From Candidatus Bathyarchaeia archaeon (lineage in GTDB: Archaea > Thermoproteota > Bathyarchaeia > Bathyarchaeales > Bathycorpusculaceae): a DNA stretch of 25,880 bases. How positions within the stretch are numbered: the stretch's first letter is position 1; each line of letters begins with the position of its first letter. This document shows positions 1-8,050 of the stretch, one piece after another. The position numbers and the translations under genes were made by a program. Below the pieces are notes generated by a model. The model saw nothing but the letters and a program-made list of their open reading frames with translations, had not been told where the DNA came from and made no database searches. Location of the stretch: contig JAVZLK010000021.1 in NCBI GenBank assembly GCA_038883795.1, positions 1 through 25,880 on the forward strand, in the 5' to 3' direction.

Positions 1-100
1 AAAAATTGCAAACGAAGCAACAAAAATAATATATGAATGGGACAAGAAAAAACACGAAAAGAAGAAACAGTGGCTTTTCCCTTCGTTATTAACCCAATGA
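1..100 (+). CDS. 3' end of an upstream host gene (partial)
   Basis: Frame open from base 2 (KIANEATKIIYEWDKKKHEKKKQWLFPSLLTQ) to TGA at 98-100. Too short to identify. Confidence 0.4.
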   Translation, partial: KIANEATKIIYEWDKKKHEKKKQWLFPSLLTQ

Positions 101-112
101 AAACCCTTTTTA
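99..112 (+). promoter_or_regulatory. Putative BRE/TATA promoter of the tRNA
   Basis: GAAAAC followed by TTTTTA, about 25 nt upstream of the tRNA 5' end, which is typical archaeal spacing. Confidence 0.5.
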
Positions 113-136
113 GAAGACAAACAACTAATTCCTTTC

Positions 137-259
137 GCCGGGGTGGCGGAGCGGTTAACGCGCTGGCCTCGAGATCAAATTGAAAGAAGGGCTGGATAAA
201 AACAGGTAAGCCAGTGAGCCTTCAGGCTCGCAAGGGTTCGAATCCCTTCCCCGGCGCCA
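137..259 (+). tRNA. tRNA-Ser(CGA), intron-containing, with encoded CCA
   Basis: Acceptor stem GCCGGGG/CCCCGGC, discriminator G256, CCA 257-259. Anticodon stem CTGGC (163-167)/GCCAG (210-214), anticodon CGA at 170-172. Long variable arm GAGCC-TTCA-GGCTC. T arm AAGGG-TTCGAAT-CCCTT. Confidence 0.96.
174..208 (+). other. 35-nt tRNA intron at canonical position 37/38
   Basis: Removing 174-208 restores the 7-nt loop CTCGAGA. The splice sites form a relaxed bulge-helix-loop with bulges AG|A and TA|A and central helix CUCG/CAGG. Confidence 0.88.
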
Positions 260-274
260 ATTTACTGGTAAATT
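259..274. promoter_or_regulatory. Palindrome AATTTAC-TG-GTAAATT at the tRNA end, next to a TATA-like box
   Basis: 7-bp inverted repeat with a 2-nt spacer, overlapping TTTTAAAT (273-280) upstream of the 310 ORF. Confidence 0.5.
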
Positions 275-309
275 TTAAATAGTCTGACGATCTTAGAATA
301 TTCGGTGCC

Positions 310-834
310 TTGATGGGGAAAACTGAGACGATAAAGGAAAGATCGATCTACGTTTATCTTCCTTCTATTGAGATGAAGGAGAAATGGGAGAAGCGGGCTG
401 AGGAGCTGGGAGTTAGTATCTCTAAGTTTGTTATAGAGTATGTTGAGAATTCTCTTAGGCAGGAATCGGAGCCTACATACAAGTCGCGGGAAGAGTTGAT
501 CAAAGAGAATGAGGAGTTAAGGCAGCAGATTAATGAGCATTCTAAGAAGTGTAGGCTTTTAGAGAGGGCGGTTGATAGGCTTGAAGAGGAGTTAAGGGCG
601 TATAGGGCTAAACCGTTTGCTGAAGAGGTTTTTGAGGGTGTTAGGGATTATGAAAGGGAGCTGATAGCCCTTCTTAAAAGTAGAGGAATTGTCTCCAGCG
701 AAGACATTTTAGCGCATTTGGGTGTGGGTTCCACAGAGCATGATACTATTAGGGCGATTTCTAGGCAGTTAGAGAATTTGGAGAGATGGGGGCTTGTAAA
801 GTCCTCTGTTCGTGGGTGGAAGTGGACGGGATGA
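310..834 (+). CDS. Integrase-associated DNA-binding protein (N-terminal RHH, coiled coil, C-terminal winged helix)
   Basis: RSIYVYLPS...EKWEKRAEELGVSISKFVIEYVE is RHH-like. The middle is heptad-rich. SSEDILAHLG...AISRQLENLERWGLVKSSVRGWKW is wHTH-like. ATGA overlap with the integrase. Confidence 0.8.
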   Translation: MMGKTETIKERSIYVYLPSIEMKEKWEKRAEELGVSISKFVIEYVENSLRQESEPTYKSREELIKENEELRQQINEHSKKCRLLERAVDRLEEELRAYRAKPFAEEVFEGVRDYERELIALLKSRGIVSSEDILAHLGVGSTEHDTIRAISRQLENLERWGLVKSSVRGWKWTG

Positions 835-1799
835 AGACTCAGCTAAACCTGATGCAGAGTAGACAATTGAACGATAATGAGTTGATTAATGAGTTTCTTT
901 CTGACTGTAAGTTGCGGAATTTCTCTGAGGAAAGCATTAGAAGTTATAAGTCTATTTTGCAGATAACATACACTTTTTTGAAGCGTAACAGGTTCTCTTT
1001 TGTGAGTTTGGATAAATATGTTTTAAAGAAGTTGTTGGAGCACTTGGTTTTTGAAAAGGGTTATTCAGTAAAGACATTGGAGAATTACTTTTCTGCGCTT
1101 TCAAGTTTTTACGATTTCTTGGTTTATGAGGGTGTGGTTGATAGGAATATTGTTCTTCCCTTTAGGAAGAGGTACATTCGCCAGTATAAGGCGGGGCATC
1201 ATGTTGATGATCCATCTAGGAAGCTTATTTCGGTTGAACAGATGAAGATGCTGATTGATTCTATTCTTGATCCAAGGGATAAGGCGATTGTGACTCTTTT
1301 GGCTAAAACTGGAATACGGCGAAAAGAACTTATTAACATAGATCTTGAGGATATTAACTGGGAAGAGCAAAGCATACAGCTTAAGCCTCACCCAAAGAGA
1401 AGTAATTTGACGGTTTTCTTTGATGATGAATGCGCCCGGGTTCTGTTGCGATGGTTAAATGCGCGCAAAAACTATCCTGTTGCGCCGGGATGTAATGCCT
1501 TATTTGTTAATGAGAGGGGTGAGAGGATTATGAGGCATGGTGTTTATGATGCTGTTACGAAATATGCGGAAAAAGTTGGTTTACATAATTCTAAAAGCAA
1601 GAGGATGGAAGATCATTTTACGCCACATTGTTGTCGGCACTGGTTTACGACATGGCTATTAAGAAATGGAATGCCAAGGGAATATGTTAAAGAGCTTAGG
1701 GGCGATAAAAGAGGCGAGGCAATCGACATATATCACCATATAGATAGAAAAGAACTAAGAAGAGCATATTTGGCTTGCATACCGAAACTTGGATTATGA
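831..1799 (+). CDS. Tyrosine recombinase/integrase (RGD variant)
   Basis: N-terminal core-binding region, KTGIRRKEL (Arg I), HPKR, PHCCRH (HxxR), LRGD in place of LGH, and DIYHH (Tyr). Start moved from 786 to ATG 831, which overlaps the upstream TGA. Confidence 0.93.
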   Translation: MKTQLNLMQSRQLNDNELINEFLSDCKLRNFSEESIRSYKSILQITYTFLKRNRFSFVSLDKYVLKKLLEHLVFEKGYSVKTLENYFSALSSFYDFLVYEGVVDRNIVLPFRKRYIRQYKAGHHVDDPSRKLISVEQMKMLIDSILDPRDKAIVTLLAKTGIRRKELINIDLEDINWEEQSIQLKPHPKRSNLTVFFDDECARVLLRWLNARKNYPVAPGCNALFVNERGERIMRHGVYDAVTKYAEKVGLHNSKSKRMEDHFTPHCCRHWFTTWLLRNGMPREYVKELRGDKRGEAIDIYHHIDRKELRRAYLACIPKLGL

Positions 1800-1851
1800 G
1801 GAAGCTAAGCTTTATCTTTTTAAATGCACCAAATTTCCTAAGGTGAATAAT

Positions 1852-2079
1852 TTGAACAATCCAGAGATGAAAAAGATGACATATGAAGATTTTAAGCGTA
1901 TTGTTAAAGAAGAGCTAGAAAAAGAACAAAAAGGGCTCACTTGGATAGAATTAAAGAGGAGGAGACCTGAACTTTACCAGAACGTTCCTAATAACCGCTG
2001 GGTAAGGAATTTAGAGAAAGAAATAGGGCTTGTTAGAGAGAAAGGTGGAGCGAAAACTATCTGGAGGATAAAGAAATGA
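1852..2079 (+). CDS. Small wHTH-like protein, first gene of the ParB-DUF488 operon
   Basis: GGTGA at 1842-1846 precedes in-frame TTG 1852 (alternative ATG 1867). GLTWIELKRR...WVRNLEKEIGLVREK..KTIWRI resembles a winged helix. ATGA overlap with the next gene. Confidence 0.7.
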   Translation: MNNPEMKKMTYEDFKRIVKEELEKEQKGLTWIELKRRRPELYQNVPNNRWVRNLEKEIGLVREKGGAKTIWRIKK

Positions 2080-3209
2080 AAATCGAACTAAACAAAATAC
2101 AAGTAGGCAAATTTAGAATAAGGGAAAAACTAGACGAAGAGCATCTCAAAAATCTTATGCAAAGTCTTGCCAAAGATGGTCAATGGGATCCCATAATTGT
2201 GCGCCCTGCAAGCGAGAGGGGCTATTACGAATTAATTGCTGGCGAATATCGAGTTGAGGCTGCTAAAAGACTGGGATGGAAAGAGATAGAGGCAACGGTC
2301 AAGGACGTGGATGATGTCACAGCGGGTTTTTTAGCCTTAAAAACTAACATATTCAGGCAAAGTATGACACCGCTAGAAGAAGGAATGACTATTCGAAAAT
2401 ACATGCTTGAGTTCAATTTAACTCAGCAAGAGATAGCTAAAGAATTAGGGAGATCTGAAGCTTGGGTAAGTGAGCGTTTAGCTATTGCCTTAGCCATTTC
2501 TCCTGATGTTCGAGAAGCTCTGATTCACGGGCGAATTAGCGTCTCTCAGGCAGTTATTATTAGCCAGATTTCGCCGAAAGACGGCAAGCTTACACCGTAT
2601 TACATAAACAAACAGAGAGAATTCCTCAGAATTTTATTAACAGAACAGGATAGACTCAAACGTAAGTTGTCTGAGGAAGAAACTAGAAAAATGCTCGGGT
2701 GGTTTTTGAATGATACTGTGTATACGATAGGTTATGCAGGCAGAGATTGGAAGGACTTTTTTAAGATTTTGAAAGACAATGAAATAGAGTTAGTAGTTGA
2801 TGTAAGGGAGTCCGGTGAGAGTAGGTATAAGCCTGAATTTAATGAAGTTGTTCTTAAAAGAACGTTGGAAGAACAAGGGATAGAATACGAAAGGAGACCC
2901 GACTTGGGTGTTCCCTACGAAATTAGGCAACCATATATTGATGGTTTTCTGGGCTGGGAATGTTTTAAGCAATGGTACTTATGGTCGGTTAGAGGTAGAA
3001 AGGTAGAAGGCAAAGTGAGGGATTTGCTACCTGAATTAGTCGAGCGGTTAAAGAGTAAAAAAGCATGCATCATGTGCGAAGAATTATACCCTAAGCCAAA
3101 GGGTGCACAAAAACATCATTGTCACAGAGATATTCTTGCAGATTTAATACTTGAGTATAAAGACGAGAACAAACCCTTGTTAAGATTTCAAAAACGGGTT
3201 GACATGTAA
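2076..3209 (+). CDS. ParB/Spo0J-like protein fused to a C-terminal DUF488 domain
   Basis: ParB N-domain: GQWDPIIVRP...YELIAGEYRVEAA...TNIFRQSMTPLEE. HTH: LTQQEIAKELGRSEAWVSERL. DUF488 motifs: VYTIGY, VVDVR, EFN, GIEY..LG, IMCEE, HCHR. Confidence 0.88.
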   Translation: MKIELNKIQVGKFRIREKLDEEHLKNLMQSLAKDGQWDPIIVRPASERGYYELIAGEYRVEAAKRLGWKEIEATVKDVDDVTAGFLALKTNIFRQSMTPLEEGMTIRKYMLEFNLTQQEIAKELGRSEAWVSERLAIALAISPDVREALIHGRISVSQAVIISQISPKDGKLTPYYINKQREFLRILLTEQDRLKRKLSEEETRKMLGWFLNDTVYTIGYAGRDWKDFFKILKDNEIELVVDVRESGESRYKPEFNEVVLKRTLEEQGIEYERRPDLGVPYEIRQPYIDGFLGWECFKQWYLWSVRGRKVEGKVRDLLPELVERLKSKKACIMCEELYPKPKGAQKHHCHRDILADLILEYKDENKPLLRFQKRVDM

Positions 3210-3941
3210 TTGTCATGGGAAAAAGAGTCTGTAATAGTTTTAGTTAAGGCAGCACCCAATTGGAGCGCAAAGTACAAGGAATATCAGATCTGCACTGCTG
3301 GAATTAGCCAAGACGGGGGATGGAGACGCCTTTACCCCTTCCCTGAGGATATAATTCTACATAAAAACATTCGAGTTTGGGACATAGTTGAGGTCGAGGT
3401 TAAAAAAACAATCCATGATCCTCGCCCGGAAAGCCGGAAAATTAAAGCTGAGTCTGTTAAAGTTATTGACCGTTTAGAAGATAGAGAGGAAAGAAGGAAG
3501 CTTCTTGATGAAATAACAGAAGTCTCTTTAGATGCCCCTGTTGAAGAGAGGCGAACATTAACTATAATAAAGCCACGGATAGAAGATTTTAAGGTTAAGA
3601 AAAAGGTATCTGAAACTGTACAGCTGACATTGAACGGAAAGATATTTAAAGTAAACCCATATGGCGATGTAGGACTATATTACAAATGGAGCTGTTCAAA
3701 ACCTTGTCGATATTGTAAAGGCAAATATCACGTCATGCGATGTTTTGACTGGGGAGCCAATGTCCTGTATAGGAGATATAAAGATGAGCAAGAAGCTGAA
3801 ACCAAAACTAAACAAATGTGCTTTTACAAAATGAAGTACGAGTTTGATACATGGTTTGCTTTGGGAACACACTCGCAGAGACCCTTCACAAAGTGGATGA
3901 TTGTTGGTCTCCTTTGGATGAAAAAGCAAGCGAACATTTAG
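3210..3941 (+). CDS. Conserved DUF488-associated protein (possibly dual-OB-fold-like, putative Zn site)
   Basis: Motifs LVKAAP..S.KY...CTAGI...GWRRLYP, DPRPES, CSKPCRYC...H.M.CFDWG and FALGTH..PF..WMIVG. I recall this pattern from genes next to DUF488, but it needs an HMM check. TTG directly follows the upstream TAA. Confidence 0.7.
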   Translation: MSWEKESVIVLVKAAPNWSAKYKEYQICTAGISQDGGWRRLYPFPEDIILHKNIRVWDIVEVEVKKTIHDPRPESRKIKAESVKVIDRLEDREERRKLLDEITEVSLDAPVEERRTLTIIKPRIEDFKVKKKVSETVQLTLNGKIFKVNPYGDVGLYYKWSCSKPCRYCKGKYHVMRCFDWGANVLYRRYKDEQEAETKTKQMCFYKMKYEFDTWFALGTHSQRPFTKWMIVGLLWMKKQANI

Positions 3942-4008
3942 GACTTATATTTGTTTAGAACATGCCTTAAGATCGTCCCATTTTATTATTGAATTTGTTT
4001 GAAATAGT

Positions 4009-4030
4009 TCGCCTATGGACGAAAAGGCGA
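4009..4030. terminator. Hairpin between convergent genes
   Basis: TCGCCT-N10-AGGCGA in the 3942-4077 gap. Confidence 0.35.
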
Positions 4031-4077
4031 TAAAACTGCGCTTTTGCCCCTCCTTCCTCAATTACGATTAATTAATA

Positions 4078-6453
4078 TTAAATTTTTCTTTTCAGCCTTG
4101 TAGTAAACATTAACATACGCTTCAGTATGTATTCATCTGGAATGTTGACTTTTCGCTCGCAGAATGGGCAGACTGCCTTTTTAAGTATTTCTTGAATTTT
4201 CTCTTTGTCCTCGCTTGCGATAGGATAATAATACCTTATAACTGACTTGCAATTTTTACAAATGCGTGTTACTCCAACATTCCCAATCTGCGTTCCAACA
4301 TAGAATTTATAGCCTTGCGCTTCTCCTATAAAGAGTGGCTTCTCTAGCACCCAGTTGGTTGTTCCTCCAATATAAACTTCATTCATTATGTAATAGACTT
4401 TAAAGAAGCTAGAAACTTTAGCTGACTCAACATCAAATTTAAATTCTGTGAAGGGTTTCCTTCTATCAAAGGTTATTAATTTAATCCATTCTACCAATCT
4501 GGTTGCTATTGCTTCTCTTAAAAGAGTATTTGTATCTGCCTGCAGTATTTTAGGGTGCGCACCCAATGTTGCAAGCTTGAGACTAGGAACAATCGTGCTT
4601 AGTCTAGAGGGAAACGGTTCTTTAAGTGAGAGCGTGAAAAGACCAGCCATAACGCTAAATAATATATATTCAGGGACTATTGCAAATGCTTCGCCAGTTT
4701 CTTGACATCGCGCTAAAAGCTCAGGGAAACCGCCAGAAGAACATATTAAGATTCTCACGCTTTTGAAATCTTTATCTGATATCCCATTATTCTGCAGTAA
4801 CTTCTTAAACATCGGACTTTTTCTAACCCAATGTGCATATTTTGCGCATTGTTTAGGTGCATCCTTTCTGCAATATTCAAGTGCGTCTTTGCTACCTAAG
4901 TTTAATGCTTTAAGCTCAACTAAGTATATGTTCATATTGGCGTAAAGTATTATGTCAACTTCTCCGCTCGAGCCTATTTTTTGAGCGATATTATCGGGTG
5001 GAAGTGTTATCGGAATATTTGTTCCTAAAATTCTCCACGGAATACTTCTACTTGTCTTTATTAATTCATGGTTTTCTTGTTCAGGAAATTTCGGTTCAAT
5101 CATCAATCCAAATGACGAAAGATTTTTTGCTTGCAGCCCGACCTTTGAATAAAAGGAAGATATTGCAGCCACACTTTCTTCAAATGACGGTCCTGCCAAG
5201 TTGAGGCTTCTTACAAAATCAGCGAAAACTGGTACTATTGTATTATAGAACCATTCTCGACAATTAACGAAGTAGATCCAACCGCTTGAACAAGGTAGCT
5301 TAAATGCACGAGAAATTCTTGCAAGTTCGTTTACAATGAGGAACGTAGGGTCCTTTTTTGTTAAATTTTTGGTAGAAATAAGATGTTGTTTGGAACTTAG
5401 GTCTGGTAAGATCTGATTAAAGACTTCAAAAACCATATCTCTTTTTAGACCAAACTTTTTGTATTCATCAAACCATAATGCGTTATTAGTGTTTTGTTCG
5501 GTAAAACCATCTGGAGATACAACCCATTTTAGCCAATCCCATAATGCTTCAAAATCTTCCGGTTCCATTTCTGTACTTCTTCCAAACACTTTCCGCCAAG
5601 CATTTTTAAATTCATGGAAATGTTCTTTTATTGTAGTCCTTTTAAATCTGAATGTACTGCCAAACGAGTCATAAACAGTGGATATCCCATAAGGGACAAC
5701 TACCTTTTTAAAAGTCCCATGCCATTCAGCATTAGCATCCTTTAGTCTCAGCTGTAAAATGTGGTCTACTGCTTCTTTGTCGCATTTAGGAACTATTAAG
5801 ATCATAGTTGGTTTTTCCTCTTTGTCCACTGCAACGTCAAAGTAGCTACCTGCAGCAAACTTTATGCCAATAAAAAGCTCGTATTCAACTTTCATATCCA
5901 AAAGAAATTTATTGATTCTTATCTTCTCCTTTGCTGAGGTCGGTATCTTTATTTTCCCAAGCGAAATATTGCACAATATTTCGCCCAAGTTAGGAAACAT
6001 TTCCAGTGCTCTAAGCAATAAGTATCCCGTAAAGGACGACATTTCACTAAACAGCATAAACTGGATTTGGGATATTTCTTCAGGCGTCCATGTCAGTAAA
6101 GAATTTATTTCATTCAGAACGTAATTGACTGCCCATCCGACAATTTTAGGATTCCCTTTCATTTGGCGATTATTTTCGTCTTTAAGTTTAAGGTAGAACC
6201 CCTTTACAAGAAATCGCCTAACATCATCTACGTAATGACTATTGCATATGGACAAGCCATATTTCGTTCTATCTGGGTCATTAGACCTACCACAAATTAT
6301 GCATTTAGAAGAAATTGGAACTTTAGGCATTTCACAACTGTATTCCGGGTGTACTCGATTAATATGTCTTCCAAGATTTTTTGGATTTAATCTTATTCCA
6401 CATACCGGACATTGCTTTGTTCCGTCGGTTAAATAATAGACCAGAACTATCAC
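4078..6453 (-). CDS. Large Zn-finger protein with a PD-(D/E)XK (NERD/restriction-endonuclease-like) domain
   Basis: N-terminal C2H2 finger CPVC-x12-HINRVH and a second CIIC...CNSH site. Nuclease core FEE...GEVDIILYANMNIYLVELK...Q. C-terminal CKNC...CPFC ribbon. Exact start uncertain. Confidence 0.75.
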   Translation of the reverse strand: MIVLVYYLTDGTKQCPVCGIRLNPKNLGRHINRVHPEYSCEMPKVPISSKCIICGRSNDPDRTKYGLSICNSHYVDDVRRFLVKGFYLKLKDENNRQMKGNPKIVGWAVNYVLNEINSLLTWTPEEISQIQFMLFSEMSSFTGYLLLRALEMFPNLGEILCNISLGKIKIPTSAKEKIRINKFLLDMKVEYELFIGIKFAAGSYFDVAVDKEEKPTMILIVPKCDKEAVDHILQLRLKDANAEWHGTFKKVVVPYGISTVYDSFGSTFRFKRTTIKEHFHEFKNAWRKVFGRSTEMEPEDFEALWDWLKWVVSPDGFTEQNTNNALWFDEYKKFGLKRDMVFEVFNQILPDLSSKQHLISTKNLTKKDPTFLIVNELARISRAFKLPCSSGWIYFVNCREWFYNTIVPVFADFVRSLNLAGPSFEESVAAISSFYSKVGLQAKNLSSFGLMIEPKFPEQENHELIKTSRSIPWRILGTNIPITLPPDNIAQKIGSSGEVDIILYANMNIYLVELKALNLGSKDALEYCRKDAPKQCAKYAHWVRKSPMFKKLLQNNGISDKDFKSVRILICSSGGFPELLARCQETGEAFAIVPEYILFSVMAGLFTLSLKEPFPSRLSTIVPSLKLATLGAHPKILQADTNTLLREAIATRLVEWIKLITFDRRKPFTEFKFDVESAKVSSFFKVYYIMNEVYIGGTTNWVLEKPLFIGEAQGYKFYVGTQIGNVGVTRICKNCKSVIRYYYPIASEDKEKIQEILKKAVCPFCERKVNIPDEYILKRMLMFTTRLKRKI

Positions 6454-6585
6454 CTTCTTAATTTAGAACTAAAATATCCTAAATATTTTTATGGCGAGCT
6501 TCAAAATTATTAAGGGAGGAAGACTTTTTAAGCCCTATTGTATTTCATTTTTCTCCTTCTGACAATCAATTTATACATAGAAATA

Positions 6586-6747
6586 CTAATTTTTTAGTAA
6601 ATCCGCTGGTTCTGTAACATTTTTAAGACCTATCATAATGAGCCTTCGTAAAACCTCAGCCTCTTTCAACCCAGACTTTTTGATGAGCTCTTTTATTTTC
6701 TTTTCTGTTTCTTCGTCTAGTCTTGTTGACCACGTTTTCTTATCCAT
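6586..6747 (-). CDS. Ribbon-helix-helix (CopG-like) regulator, 53 aa, not in the ORF track
   Basis: MDKKTWSTRLDEETEKKIKELIKKSGLKEAEVLRRLIMIGLKNVTEPADLLKN shows the beta-strand, helix, G-turn, helix pattern. Divergent from the 6866 gene. Confidence 0.85.
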   Translation of the reverse strand: MDKKTWSTRLDEETEKKIKELIKKSGLKEAEVLRRLIMIGLKNVTEPADLLKN

Positions 6748-6770
6748 ATTGAAGTCCCTAATTATATGAA

Positions 6771-6851
6771 TTGTCTTGTAGTGTTTATAAATCTTGTTTT
6801 AAGCGAAACACTTATATCTTCCTCTGTCTTATAATAAGACAAACAAGACAA
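6771..6851. promoter_or_regulatory. Divergent promoter with four AAGACA/TGTCTT boxes (candidate RHH operators)
   Basis: TTGTCTTGT (6771-6779) is the exact inverse of ACAAGACAA (6843-6851). TGTCTTAT-A-ATAAGACA palindrome at 6825-6841. TATA-like TTTATAAA (6784-6791) and CTTATAT (6811-6817) lie between the boxes. Confidence 0.7.
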
Positions 6852-6865
6852 ATAAGTGATGGATA

Positions 6866-8050
6866 ATGTGGTTGGAGATATTAATACTGATTTCAACAGT
6901 TGGAGCTATTATAATCGCATATAAGTGGCGATGTACCTTACAAAAATTCGTTAGAGTCAAGCATCAACCATACATTGACACCTTAATAACGCAGCTCAGT
7001 ATACTGGACGAGAGAACAAAGTATCTTCAAGGTTTGGAGGAGAAAATCGAGAAAGTTAGGGATAAACAAGATTCTGATTCACGGGAGCTTCGTGAAAGGC
7101 TTTATGCAGAATACTCTAAGCGTCTTCAAGAAGCTGTAGGCTTGCTTAAGGAAACTTTTGGGAAGATTAGTGAAACAACGGCAAACGCTTTCAAAGAGAT
7201 TAGCGAAAAAAGCTCTCTGGTTTATAAACAGACGACTGAGCAACTTGTTGGTATAGCCAATAGGTTGGAGTCAGCGTTTAGGGTTCTTGAACAAAGAGAA
7301 CATGCTCAAATGCGCGAAGAAATGAAAGCATTAAAACAGAAGATAGACGAGTTAGAAAGGGACCCATTAAAGGTTCAGCTGCAAGAAATAGCAGAGGCGC
7401 AAGCCGCACAAGCGCTGCATGAAAAGAGTGTAAAGAAGATTACAACTGCTTTCTGGCGTAATAATGGTGAAGTGCGATTTAAAGAGAAGATTGGACAATA
7501 TCAACCCGACGTTTACATAAACAACCATAGAATAAAAATTGTGGCTGACGAGGTGACGACAGAAGAAGCTGATTCCATCAGAGTGAAGGTTAAACGTGTT
7601 GCCGAGTATATGCGTGGACTGAATGCCAATGTGGGATATGTAATTATACCAAACGTTGGGGTGGACCCTGAAGTATTAAGAGAGATTAAAAGAACGATTC
7701 CGGAACACGGTTTGTATGTTGTTAAACTTACGGAGTATGCCATTCACCTTCAAGTGTGGTATGATATCGCTATGACAGGAGTGATTGATATTGGCTCTCT
7801 CGTTGAAAAAGGTCACAACTTTTTACAGTTGTTAGAGCCCGTTTTCGAAGAGTTTCTGGCAATTGTGCAAAATTTGGAACAGCGGGATGAAAGAGATTTC
7901 AAATATCGGCAGAATAGGTACAAAGAAATCAAGTTCTTTCCCAGTAAAATTCTTGAGGTGATTGAAAGAGGCGGCAGTACTAAAATTTCTGGCATGTCCA
8001 TCCAAATGAAAATTGAAGGATACAACGAACCGAAAGGTGCAGAAAAGTGA
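6866..8050 (+). CDS. Membrane-anchored coiled-coil protein with a nuclease-like domain (RmuC-like architecture)
   Basis: N-terminal hydrophobic helix, about 160 aa of coiled coil, QPDVYI...IVADEVTT (PD..E motif without the canonical Lys), then a C-terminal helix. GTGA overlap with the next gene. Confidence 0.65.
   Translation: MWLEILILISTVGAIIIAYKWRCTLQKFVRVKHQPYIDTLITQLSILDERTKYLQGLEEKIEKVRDKQDSDSRELRERLYAEYSKRLQEAVGLLKETFGKISETTANAFKEISEKSSLVYKQTTEQLVGIANRLESAFRVLEQREHAQMREEMKALKQKIDELERDPLKVQLQEIAEAQAAQALHEKSVKKITTAFWRNNGEVRFKEKIGQYQPDVYINNHRIKIVADEVTTEEADSIRVKVKRVAEYMRGLNANVGYVIIPNVGVDPEVLREIKRTIPEHGLYVVKLTEYAIHLQVWYDIAMTGVIDIGSLVEKGHNFLQLLEPVFEEFLAIVQNLEQRDERDFKYRQNRYKEIKFFPSKILEVIERGGSTKISGMSIQMKIEGYNEPKGAEK

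Noticed and set aside
190-200. CT-GGA inside the intron as an alternative Ser(GGA) anticodon via a second intron
   Set aside because: I could not build splice motifs giving a valid 7-nt loop with U33. One intron at 37/38 explains the gene.
786-830. ORF-track N-terminal extension of the integrase
   Set aside because: It overlaps the upstream gene by 49 nt. ATG 831 gives a standard ATGA coupling.
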